DNA of 64,000 nucleotides from Dipteris shenzhenensis (Eukaryota): NCBI GenBank assembly GCA_047967505.1, contig CM106538.1; one strand, 5' to 3'. Shown piece by piece: positions 12,662 to 23,463 of this stretch (position 1 is its first letter; each line of letters starts with the position of its first letter). The notes under the pieces were generated by a model. It saw only the letters and a program-made list of their open reading frames with translations, ran no database searches and was not told where the DNA came from. The position numbers and the translations under genes were made by a program.

Positions 12662-13061
12662 ATGACTCGTGCTACACATACCCAGTCGCTTGTTGCTCCG
12701 TTCGTCATGATTGCACTGCTTCTCCTGTGCAGCTTTCCCGGCCTGGCGTTCGGGCAAGAGCGAGGATCATGCACTTGCAGCAACGATGGTTGCCCCCTTG
12801 ACTCAACTGTGACCTACGACGGCTGCTACACTGGCTATACAGCTGGGTGCTTTTGGGGTGCAGCTTGTGGATGTGAGTAGCCATATATTTGTGTTTATTT
12901 TTCCTGCTTGCGTTTGCTTTGATGTCTGTCGAGTCGAATTTACTTCCATATGCAAGTAAGGACGTCGTTCCGGATTCTTGATCTGATGAACTTAATATAT
13001 AATTTCTCCTGCAGTTTGCGCCTGCATGCCGTCCGCTACTACGATCGCAAAATGGGTTTAA
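12662..13061 (+). CDS. Secreted cysteine-rich (defensin-like) peptide, 85 aa, two exons (12662-12872 and 13015-13061)
   Basis: Hydrophobic signal peptide ending LAFG. Phase-1 intron GTGAGT...TCTCCTGCAG at 12873-13014. Spliced mature part is QERGSCTCSNDGCPLDSTVTYDGCYTGYTAGCFWGAACGFCACMPSATTIAKWV* with 8 Cys. No disablements. Confidence 0.85.
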
Positions 13062-14039
13062 GAGCTTGTCTTCTTACTTATAAAAAGTATGCAGGATGAG
13101 GTGGTTGTAAACACAAAAAGGGTGAGCCAGTTAGTTAACTAAAAGGTGGCGTTTTTAAATTTCCATCCGTCATTGCATCCTCAGAACTACAAGGGATTAT
13201 GTGAGATGGAGGGCAATCCTGGTTCAATCCAGTCTATATCTTAAACTTCAAGTAATATAGTATGTCTGTTTCAATACTTAAGCCACGTTTCATTCACTTT
13301 TCTGTCAGTCCTGGCCTGCCAACCGTAATTCACTTTTTCTAGACGTGAGTTGACTGAGAAGTTAAGTCGACGAATCAAAACAATGCTCGCATATAAAAAA
13401 GCCATGACCCACTTTCTCCAAGATGAGATGGCATGAAAATGACTTAACCACCTTCGGAAGATATCACGTACTCATAACTATGTTTGTGAACTAGAATAAA
13501 TAATTAAAAAGCACATGATAGGGTCCAATCCTGGCTCTTTTGGCTGTACACAAAAAATCCATGATTTGGAGTAAAATCAATATTTAACTGTTTTTAAGAT
13601 CAAGGTGAATGTAAAAGGGAAGAGAAGCTCATAGAAGGGTGAACACTGAACACTTGAGGTGACGCTATTATGATCATGAAGTTATGGCAAGGTTTGACTA
13701 AGGGAGTGATGCATTATAAATTTCCTTTCATCTCTCTCACATAAGGGCGACTTTCCCACACGTTTTCAGCGATCTTGTTGTTGCTAGCTTTATTTGCCTC
13801 GCTCTACTTTGTAAAATTTTATCAACCTAAAATTGAATCCGTGGAGCAAGGCCAATCTTCTCCCCAAGCATCTTCTTGAATTGATTTGAGAATCACCAAG
13901 AGGGAGAGAGGCAACATAGCGAAATACATGATTTGCATTAAATAAGAAGGTTACATTGACAAAGATGAACAAGAACTCACTCAGAGTAAAGATAAGAGCG
14001 TAACTACTTACATTCACTTGGATTTCGGCCTTGCAGGCT

Positions 14040-14616
14040 ATGCCAACCTACATGCAGGAAAATAGCCACTTGCTTCCTACATGGAGTATGAATTTAAAAT
14101 TCCTTTGTTATGCGCAGACATAAAATCTTTGCTCTTGACTAGATTCATTACCAGTTGTATGTTGGCTCATGTTGTTTAAAGAAAGTGTTGTAGGTTCTCC
14201 TAAAACAATTTCAATTCTCAAAGGAGTCTATAGAACCATATTGCTTGATATGAGCGTTAATATGTTGATCCTTTATATTTTCCTTATGTGGATGATAAGG
14301 TTACTATTCGTTGTTCTTGATGTGTCATGACAAGTCTTGCTAAGCCAAGATCTTTTACACTATAGCTAATTCACATTGGTATAGCCATAAAAACCAAGAT
14401 TAGGTGATCTTCATATTTGAGCCCATAATTCCATGTACCTTTGATATATTTGAGAGCTACTTCTGTTGCATCAAGATGAGATACCTAAGACTTTTCTTAC
14501 TACACATAAGGATGATTCCTTTTGGATTTGGCATGCACGAGTTTATGCATTGGTTGAAAAGCACCATTTGAAGAAGAAATGTTTGGACATAGTGCTTGCC
14601 AAATAGATCACGACAA
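14040..14616 (-). pseudogene. Highly degenerate Copia RT/RNase H remnant
   Basis: Minus strand ATKVALKYIKGTWNYGLKY resembles the Copia RT C-terminal motif AVKRILRYLKGTxDYGLxY. Confidence 0.5.
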
Positions 14617-16653
14617 TGTTGAGATATCGAGCTCCACTCGTGATATGCCAGGGTGACCGTTGTGCATTTATGTCACCAACTTGTTAGCTGCAGATGCGGT
14701 TGGTACACCGCCCATGAATAATAGCTGGATGACAGCTATCTTTATGTACTCTAGTTAGTGGCTCAGTTAGTATGCCACCTAGGTTAGCTGAGTTTGGTTT
14801 GAGACCCACATATAGGGTTCACCTATTCCTTTTGTACTTAGAGAATTCTTTTGGCTTTCACAACTAAGAAGAGGAAAGTTATTTTCAGCCTCCACCTTTG
14901 TGTGTATTCCCCCATTGTGTATGTGAGAAAGCTGCAAGTGAGACTCCTTAGTTCTCTCCCACTCTCTTCACATGGTATCAGAGCTCGGTTCGTGGTAAGG
15001 AGCTTAAGAAAGCAAACCAAGTTCACGGTGTCTTGGTAAGAGGATCAGTGTTGCTTTCCTTTTTCGAGTTTGGGAGCAAATCTCTGCAGGTAGCACAGCC
15101 AGAAAGTGCAAGAGTGCAGTGTCTCAAATTGGGATGCCCTTCACGGTGACATTATTTGTTTGATTTGAGGCCATTTTGGGGCCTGTTTTGGTGGCAGAAG
15201 TTTTTCGCAGGTACTCAGAAAAGTGCTTGTTTTTGTTGTGCGACCACTGTTCTGCAGGTCGGTGAAAAGTTACTGCAGAAATTGCATCGTATGCCTGTGC
15301 GTAGAGATATTGGGAGTGAAAGAATCATTCTTATTGCCTGTTGATGCAAAATCGTCACTAGGAAGTGACTGTGTGGTCAAATACCACTTTCGTCAGTTTT
15401 GCAAATTTGCCCTTGTGAAGTAGAAGTTGTGTTTTTTTGTAGCGATAGAATATTTTTGCAGTGTTCTGTAATGGCGTCTGATGCTCTTTCACAAATTGTC
15501 ACTAAAAAGCTTGACAAGAACAACTTCCAAGCATGGAAGTTTAGAATGACAAATTTCCTTAAGGGAAAAGGCTATTGGGAATTCATTACTAAAGCTGAAC
15601 AAGAACTAGTTATTCCTAATGTTCCCAATCAATAGGAGTTGCAGGCATTTAAAGGCTGGCATGAGAGAGCCAGAAAAGTTATGTATTGTCTATCACTATC
15701 TCAGATTCTATGATTGTGCATATTCAGGATGTAAGCACGTCGAAGGAGGCATGGGATACTTTGACAAAAATGTATAGCACAAATACGCAGGCCAAGAAAA
15801 TGCAGCTCAAGCAGGAGTTGCATAATGTGTAGATAAAAAATATGAGCATCAATGACTACTACATGAAGGTGAAGAAGATTGCAGATGCACTTGCTTCCAT
15901 TGGGTCGCTAGTGGAAGATGATGATTTAGTTTCTGTGACCTTGAATGGTCTAGGAAAGGATTATGCACATCCATTGCCGTCCGTGAACAATTTCTTGATT
16001 TTGAGGAGTTGATTGCTTTTCTAATTTCTAAAGAGTAGAGAAATGGTGGTGCATCTTCTTCAGGAGAAACTTCAAAAGAAACTGTCTTCTACTCAAATGT
16101 TGGAAGAGGTAGAGGTAGAGGTAGAGCAGGCCGCCATGGCAGAAATCAAAATATGCAGCAAATTCAAGAAAACCAGTCCTATGGAGGAGGACATGGTAGC
16201 TTTAGAGGCAGGGGGAGCCAAAGAGGTCATGGTGGATGGCAGAGAGTCCAAAATGCAAACAACAATGTTGAATGCTACTACTATGGTAAAATGGGTCATA
16301 TGGTTAAAGACTGCTATAAAAAGCACAATGACATCATGATTAGAAAATTGCATCAAGGCAATTATGCATCCTCTAGTAGATAGGGTGATGATAGAAATGA
16401 GCATTTGTTTATGGTGCAGCACATGACCAATTTTGCAAGTGCAGAAGAAAGTAATGATGTGTGGTATGTTGACTCAGGTGCATCAAACCACATGATAGGT
16501 CATGCAGAATGGATGCAAGATGCAAGGAAAATGGAAAGACCAGGATTTGTGGAGATTGGTGATGATACTGCACATCCTATTGTGCAGATTGGTAAAATTT
16601 CTTTGTCTATGCAGGATGGGAAAAAGAAATACCTGTCTGATGTATTTCATGTC
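14617..16653 (+). mobile_element. Copia 5' half: LTR 14617-14972, PBS 14973-14984, gag, zinc knuckle and protease; interrupted at 16653
   Basis: LTR runs TGTTGAGA...TCTTCACA, then PBS TGGTATCAGAGC. Gag MASDALSQIVTKKLDKNNFQAWKFRM, knuckle CYYYGKMGHMVKDC, protease WYVDSGASNHM. Colinear with 56397-58364 on the minus strand. Confidence 0.95.
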
Positions 16654-17638
16654 CATTAGGGGAGAATTGGGGTCTCCAAAGGGCCCCCAATTAGTGTTTC
16701 CTAATTTCAAGGGATTAGTGAGGTATTTGAGGTGTACCAATGGGAGTGCTCCTTTTTGTGGAGCAATGCCATGTTGAGGTGGAGGGTGGGCAGACCTGCA
16801 AATAGCCCCTATTGGCTAGTCCTCTTACACCAGGGACCACTCAAACCATTCCCCCCCCCCTCAACCCATGCTTGACCCTTCTCCCATATGCACCTCCCCC
16901 AAACAAACCTACAAGTCATTCAAGAGGTGGTGGGCCCTTCTGGGTGAAATTTTCCCCCCTCTCAGCTTGTTACAGGCCTGCCCCCTCCTCTTATCTGGTC
17001 CAGCTTCATTCTCCCTCCATTTTTAAAATGTGGGAACACATTTGGCATCTTCTCTGCCCCCTCCTACTTTGGTCCACTGTGTTTCTCCCTCTCTAGCACC
17101 TCCTGTAGCAGCTGCTCATTCTCTCTCCACTCCTAGCTACAACACCTCCTACAGCAGCAGCTGCTCATCCCCCTCTGCTCTTTCTTCCTCCATTCCTAGC
17201 TACAGTACCTCTTGGAGTGGTTGCCTATCCCCCTCTGCTCTTTCTCCCTCCATTCCTAGCTACAACACCTCTTGGAGCAGCTCGGGGGGTTCACTATGTA
17301 TAAACCCTCCATATCACGTGCGTTCAAGGACTATTTGTAATTTCCCTTATCTGTAAATTCTTCACTAATAAAATGTACCCTTTTTCTATACAAATCTGTA
17401 AAATTTTCCCAAATTTATTTTAAAAACTCCCTTATGTATATTAATTTGTGTAAATTTTAGATATTAAAAATATCCATTTGTTGAACTCACGTGATAGGGT
17501 TACATATGATGACTGACCCCCTCAAGTGGAGCAGCTGCTCATCCCCCTCTACTCTTTCTCCCTCATCTATCGGAGCTGCTCTCTCCCTCAAATCTGCACT
17601 TTGTAATCCACTATTGCTGTTGTGACCTCTGTACAAGC

Positions 17639-18900
17639 ATGGTGAGGAGACCATACATGTACTCTGTGTCCCATAGGAGCAAAAATGCACTGGGTGAATG
17701 GGTGCCTTGCAACTACAGCTTGAATGACTAGATAGTCATGAGAGGATCTGCCAAGGGTCTACATAAGCTTCCCAAGAGCAAAAGAGGTGATCTTTTGCAT
17801 GAATGGAAGGGCTGCATCATGAAGTTCAAGCTTGGGAAGAAAGGATTGCTTGCAAAGGTGTAACACATCTACATGGGGAAGGACATGTGCCTTCCTCCAT
17901 CAAGCAATCAATTGACAATACCATTGCATTGTAAATTTGCATTTTGTGTAAGATTTTGAAGTGTAATGAGTCAGCTTGAAATTGTATTTTGAAATAGAAC
18001 CAGTGTAATGAGTCAGTTTGAAATTGTATTTTGAAATAGCACTTGTGCATAGCAAATGTATTCCCTTCAGACTTTGAGGAGTGGGAACCAGTCGAGTGCT
18101 TCTTAGGTAAGTTTACTGCCATTCATGAGGATTTAGGAAGGCAAATGCATGCTGGAGAGAAGTCCTCTGCTTTGAAATAGAGAAATATATATTGGTATAA
18201 TGCCAAGTACATTACTCCAAAGACGGTATCAGGCTATGGCCATCTTCAATGCATTGCAACACCACAACTTGAAGACATGGATTGCAGCATGGTGGACACA
18301 AGAACAATGCAATCATACAAGGAAAAGATTGCAAAGGATGTGGACATGGCCATGAAGTTTACATTTGGCTCTAAATTGGTAAGGTTGTCTTGGTTTATGC
18401 CTCTGCACATTTTTGCTTCTTGTTTTCATAATATCCAGATGCACAGAACAAAAACCATGTGGTCATGCAAGTGCCTACATGAGAATGCCCTTGAGGAAGT
18501 GCTTGGGGTGAATTGGGGAAGTAGGTCAGGTGAACAAAAGGGTGATCTATTTCAATGCCATGTATGTAAGGACAATGTGGTTGTCAAGTACCACATCTCC
18601 TGCTAAATGTTATATTTTGCTTTCCAATATAGGCACTGGAATTGGCTCCCCCTTGACTCTAACGATGATGATAATACAAGGGTAAGTTTATGTATTGGTT
18701 CTCATTTAAGAGATGTTAAGAATGTGACTGTCACGTCACAGTGGACTCTCAGGGACGTGCAGGAACACCTATTGGTCATGGAGGATGGCATGTCTGAGTC
18801 CTTTCACTTTACTTTAAATGGTGAAAAGGTAGGAAAGTGTGTAGAGAAGCTCGTGCATAGTGCCACTTTTATCCCTCTTGCAATATTGAAGATTGTCTAG
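17639..18900 (+). pseudogene. Spliced BAH-domain-like gene with a conserved middle domain and possible C-terminal ubiquitin-like fold (disabled)
   Basis: YSLND*IVM..WKGCIMKF..KV*HIYMG [intron] VFPSDFEEWEPVECFLGKFTAI..IWYNAKY follows the BAH pattern. Homologous to 28812-30095(-) and 47819-48292(+). Contains in-frame stops. Confidence 0.65.
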
Positions 18901-19133
18901 AAAATATGGGGTGGAACAATTATGGATTTTGACATTTTCCAATTAATAGTGGTGCAATTAATTTTGATGTTTTGAATGGTTTTATTTCATGTCAATGTCA
19001 AGTTTTTCCCAAAAATTTTATAATTCTTTTTATTTATTATATTTAGAACATTTGGGTATATATAGGTTATAAAGTTACTTCAGTTTCAAAGTTTCACTAT
19101 CATAGCCATAGTTCTCCTAGCTACCAAACTACC

Positions 19134-20618
19134 ATGGATTCTGCTAGGTCTACCTTCCACGATTTCATCTCCCGTACTCCATTAATTGATAGAGAGGAGG
19201 AGTTATTTCTAGTATTTGATAAGAGCATAGATGTCCTAGGCACCTACTTGGGAGCCCGAGATGATTTTGAAGACCTCATCAAGTACATACAAGACTACAT
19301 CGCGAGTTTTGCATATCAACTTGATGAGTCTACAAAAAGATGGGTCCCAATTGATTATTTGAAGTACTTGTTCAATCAAGAACCCAGGTTCGTGAAGCGT
19401 TTAGATCGCTTTCGAGCCCCAGCTCACACCCCTAGGGTTTAGGGAGGTGGACACTGATGACCTCCTAGCATGTGGAGTCATCGAAAACACAGGAAATAGG
19501 TTCCTATCCTGGGAAATGACCTTTATTTTCCTTCTCCAGGAGGGACAAATGGAAGAGGAGGCCTCGACCTCAAGCCCTGACCCTGCCCCTGCCCTTTCCG
19601 ATCCTCTTATTTCTGTAGATGAGCCCAACATCTACAATGAAGAGCCCATAGATGAAGAAGCTGAGGAGCGGGAAGTTGCATTGGCCCTCGAAGTGCTCCA
19701 GCAACCTCCTGAACCCCATTCTACTTCTCAAATTCCATCCACCTTGGGCACCACCTCTGTTGACCCCGCAAAAATGATATGGTTTCTTGCTTCCCTTCTT
19801 GTCGATGGAGAACAATACCTCTTTCCATGACATAGAGGTTATGTTTGGTCTCTAGGAGGATGAAGCTCTTGGTATCCTGTGTGGATATGAGGTGGACACG
19901 ACTATGCAAGAACTTGGGTTTTTGGGAGCAGATGATTCAATAGAAGAGGTTCTTGCTTTAACACTGGCCCAAATCCAAGATGCAGAGACATCAATCTACT
20001 CCGACCTACCTGATGTTCCTAAAGAAGCCTCCACATCTCACTCCAGATAGCACGAGGCCTCTGGATCCATCCTCATTAACAAAGAGGAAGGGATTGAGCA
20101 TGATGACTCCATAGTGGTAAGAAACTATGAGCTTTGAATTTCTTCTCTCTTGGTATACTTTTGCTTTAATGGAATTCTAATGTAATGTTGGAGTGTTGCA
20201 GGAGGCATTTGAGGTTGACCTATTCTCATCTCCGTAACGCCTTGTTCGTAGTAGCTTTGGCCGAGATCACTCACTGGCACATTACCTTGGCCAAGCAAAA
20301 GGGCGCTTTGTGGTTATCCACAATAAGCTTTCTCCACATCGCACTGATGACCTCCTGAAGTGCAAGGCCTTGTCAAGAGTGACTGGTCATGCTGACATCA
20401 ATCGCAATGTTGACAAGGTCATTTTGGTGAACCGCATGGCTGCCCTCAATGCCTTTGGAGCCAATTTTCAAGGTATGGCATTGACGGCGGTACCCATGTC
20501 CCTAGCCAACAACGACAATAGCAATGACTCTCTATCAACTAGGTTTAGAGCTAGGAGTGTATTTGGGAATTCAAAGCCCAATTTTCTTAGTGTTTTAGAG
20601 AAGAGAGAAAGGCTCTGA
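19134..20618 (+). pseudogene. Uncharacterised transposon cargo ORF(s), fragmented
   Basis: Consecutive same-strand ORFs 19134-19442, 19447-19830 (acidic) and 20310-20618, flanked by AT-rich spacers. No family recognised. Confidence 0.45.
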
Positions 20619-20831
20619 AGCCTTATTGTATAGAAATTTTATTTTAGATGTACCTTTTATAAAGTGCCCCATTTTTTATTCTTTTACAAAATTTATTTTA
20701 TACTGTCATTGTATTTTGTAACTTTAATTGTTGTTGCCATTAATATTTTCATTCACTATTCTGTTCAAAAGCATGTGATCAGATAAATATTTGCGCTATA
20801 ATGGTCATTTCTGAGCAATCCAGTAAGAATC

Positions 20832-20982
20832 TCACCACGCGGCAGAAGGCAAATGTGTTTGGCATCACGCAGGGAGCCCAAAAATGGCAAGTCAAACAGA
20901 CCCCATATGCACCATAGCAGGTTTTTCCATTTTTGGGCTCCCCGTGCGATGCCAAACACATTTGCCTTCTGTCGTGCGGTGA
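20832..20982. repeat. Inverted repeat/hairpin, ~56-bp arms and ~39-nt loop
   Basis: CAGAAGGCAAATGTGTTTGGCATC pairs with GATGCCAAACACATTTGCCTTCTG, and GGGAGCCCAAAAATGG pairs with CCATTTTTGGGCTCCC. Confidence 0.9.
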
Positions 20983-21164
20983 AAAAATATCATTTGACCA
21001 CTCAAATTCACACTGAACTTGGATAAACTATTGGAAAGCATCACGTAACATGTATAATAACATGGGAACAGTAGTAGAACATAAAAATATCTTTTATTCA
21101 TTGGCCTCAAAGGGCAGAGATTTGCAAAATGATTCATGTTACACCAAATGAACCTAAACAACAT

Positions 21165-21653
21165 CTAGGGCCTAAGGGAGGGATCGGAGCAGATGCGCTT
21201 GGCGAGTGCAAGGTCCTTGTCCATCACTATTACTCTTTTGGCATGGATAGCACATAAGTTCACGTCTTCAAAAAGACCTATTGTCATCTTCTCCATTGCC
21301 TCCTGAATTGCTCCCATAGCACCTGAAGTGAAACACACATCACTCTTGTAATGCTGTGCTATTTCACGTACAACACGCTGGAAGGGTGCACGGGGAATGA
21401 GATTGTCCACAGTGGTTTGGAACTTGCAGATCTCCTGAAGTGCCTTCACTCCTAATTTTTTGCACCTCTTAATCTTTGGGGGACCCTGCACTGGCCTTTG
21501 GACATGGCTCCATGGCCGCTTGTCCGCTTTGAACTTCTTTCACCTGTCCTCCCTTGCAACCACCTCTTCAGACTCCTCTTCCTGTGTCTGCTAGGTCATT
21601 TGATGTGGCCTCTCGCGCCTAGGGGCCTGCTTTGTCCTTGGTCTCTTTGTCCT
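21165..21653 (-). pseudogene. Divergent histone H3-like gene inside the transposon (fold intact; tail has two stops; start codon lost)
   Basis: [55 protein letters not shown] aligns without gaps to the H3 fold. The same frame upstream reads RTKRPRTKQAPRR, through TAG (21593-21591) and TGA (21542-21540). Confidence 0.9.
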
Positions 21654-22888
21654 TCTCAGATTGGACTGAGAAACCCTGCTCAACTTCCTCATCCCCTGGA
21701 GCAAAATGCAAGGCATCATTCATAATACAAATGCTCACCCTCTCTAGCTTGTGCTCTTTTACCAACTGAGCTTCATCCATTTTTATAACAAATACTAGCT
21801 TGCCATCCGTACAATGAAAGAGAAATTCAGTAAGGATATAGAAATCAGAAGAAATAAAGTTGAATGTGAAGAGGGAATTTCTCTTACCTTTTTCTCTCAT
21901 CCCATAGAATTTGACCATGGCTCTCTGCAAATTCTCTACATCCACGTAAACATTATTGAAAGCATTCATCTCAAACATTTGGATGCCAGATTTCTTTTTA
22001 CTCTTCCAAGTCATTGTGCCACTTACACAATGGTATCCTCCAAGCTTTTCTCTTGCACATTGGTTTGTTTCTTGACGTGCAAGCCTTACAGACCATGGTG
22101 TTGGCAATGGCATTGTAGATATCTTATACTTTTCCTCCATAGCAGACTTGAAATTTTTAAAAACAAAGTTGTAAGCTTCACGACTTACACCATCAGCATC
22201 ACAAGCTCCAAGCACCTCCTTTGCTTGGACGAGGCTCTTGAAATCCTTCATTACCTCTCTAGCAACTTATTTACGTAGCCCTTGTTGTCTAGGGTCCTTC
22301 AACACTTCCATGACATCACTTGGCTTTATTAAACTTCTTAGAACATATAAAGGATCACTATCATCCATTTCCATTGTTCCCATCATATCCTCCATGAAAT
22401 TCCTAAAGTAGAGTACAAATGAGTCTTAATGGAAAGAATGCAACACCACAAATATTTTGGGGTAAGAAATTTCATTGAACTAACCTTGCAGCCCATATTC
22501 TCCTCTTTTGGGCACCACTATTGGTTGACAATGTATCCATAGATTGCAATTGTCTTTTCCTCTCCTTCAGTCCCAAAGGTGTTCCCTTCAACTTTTGTAC
22601 TCGCTCTATCGACTTCTCTCGTTCCTTCTCCACAGCATGTTGAACTTGGTCATAGATAGACCTTTCCAAATCTTGTTTGCTTTCAGCAAGCTTCTGGATT
22701 GATTCTTCCAATTCATGTCGCTCCAAGTCTAGTGCATGTGCTTTGTCAGTGAGTTCTTTGTTTTGCAGTTGGAGATCCTGCATACTATTATGCATTGCCA
22801 CAATAGTAATATTTCCCAAATGTGCAAGTTCTTCTACTTGGGCTCTCTGCACCTCGCTTGCTTGCATAGCCAATTTCTGAGAATGGTG
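21640..22888 (-). pseudogene. 5' part of a spliced transposase-like gene, truncated by fusion to the H3 gene
   Basis: Coiled-coil N-terminus (22472-22888), GT-AG intron 22484-22403, second donor at 21887. Ends in DGKLVFVIKMDEAQ..ERVSICIMN..FSVQSEK, reminiscent of the first catalytic-Asp strands of Transib/RAG1-like DDE proteins. Confidence 0.5.
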
Positions 22889-23463
22889 CCCGCTCACCAC
22901 CCCGCGGTGGCGCACACAGCGCCGCCGCTGCCCCCGTGCACCTCCTAACCCCCCTGCCCCCCCCGCGCAACCCCCCGCCCCCCCATGCCACCCCTCGCCG
23001 TGCCCCCCCGCGCCACCCCCCGCCCTCCCCCGCTGCCCCCCCGCTCACACCCCCCGCCCTCCCCCGCGCACCTCCTAACCCCCCCGCCCCCCCCGCGCCA
23101 CCCCTCACCGCGCCCCCCGTGCCACCCCCCGCCCTCCCCCCCGCCCCCGCCCCCCGTGCTCCCTCACCGCACCCCCTCCCCCGCGCCACCCCCCGCCCTG
23201 CCCCCACCCCCCGCCTCGCGCCATTCCCTGCCCCGTCCCCGCGGCGGCGCACACAGCGCCGCCCCCCGCCCCCCTCGCAACTCCCCTGCCCCCCGCTCAC
23301 AGCCCCGCCCACGCCACCCCCCGCCCCGCTCTCCGTCCCTCACCTCCCCACTCTCCACCCCCGCCCTGCGCCCCGGCGCACACAGCGCCGCCCCCCTTCC
23401 TCCCCCCGCGCGAACTCCCCCCGGCGCCGCCGTCGGGAAGGCCCCCCGAAAAAAAAAAAAAAG
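22889..23463. repeat. Very C-rich/CpG-rich low-complexity tract with three GGCGCACACAGCGCCGCC motifs, ending in an A-run
   Basis: Motif at ~22909, ~23246 and ~23375, separated by poly-C runs. Confidence 0.85.

Larger units (their letters stand above)
16654..22888 (+). mobile_element. CATTA-terminated DNA transposon, copy 1 (CMC/CACTA-like by inference), carrying BAH-like, unknown, H3-like and transposase-like genes
   Basis: Cuts the Copia protease after CATGTC. The terminus CATTAGGGGAGAATTGGGGTCTC is shared with 47044. C/T-rich subterminal repeats lie at 17100-17290. The other terminus was not found. Confidence 0.75.

Noticed and set aside
21165-21491. Functional host CENH3 or canonical H3 gene
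   Set aside because: It has no ATG and two tail stops, and is embedded in TE sequence. Q68, F84 and loop 1 are unlike CENH3, and it is too divergent for canonical H3.
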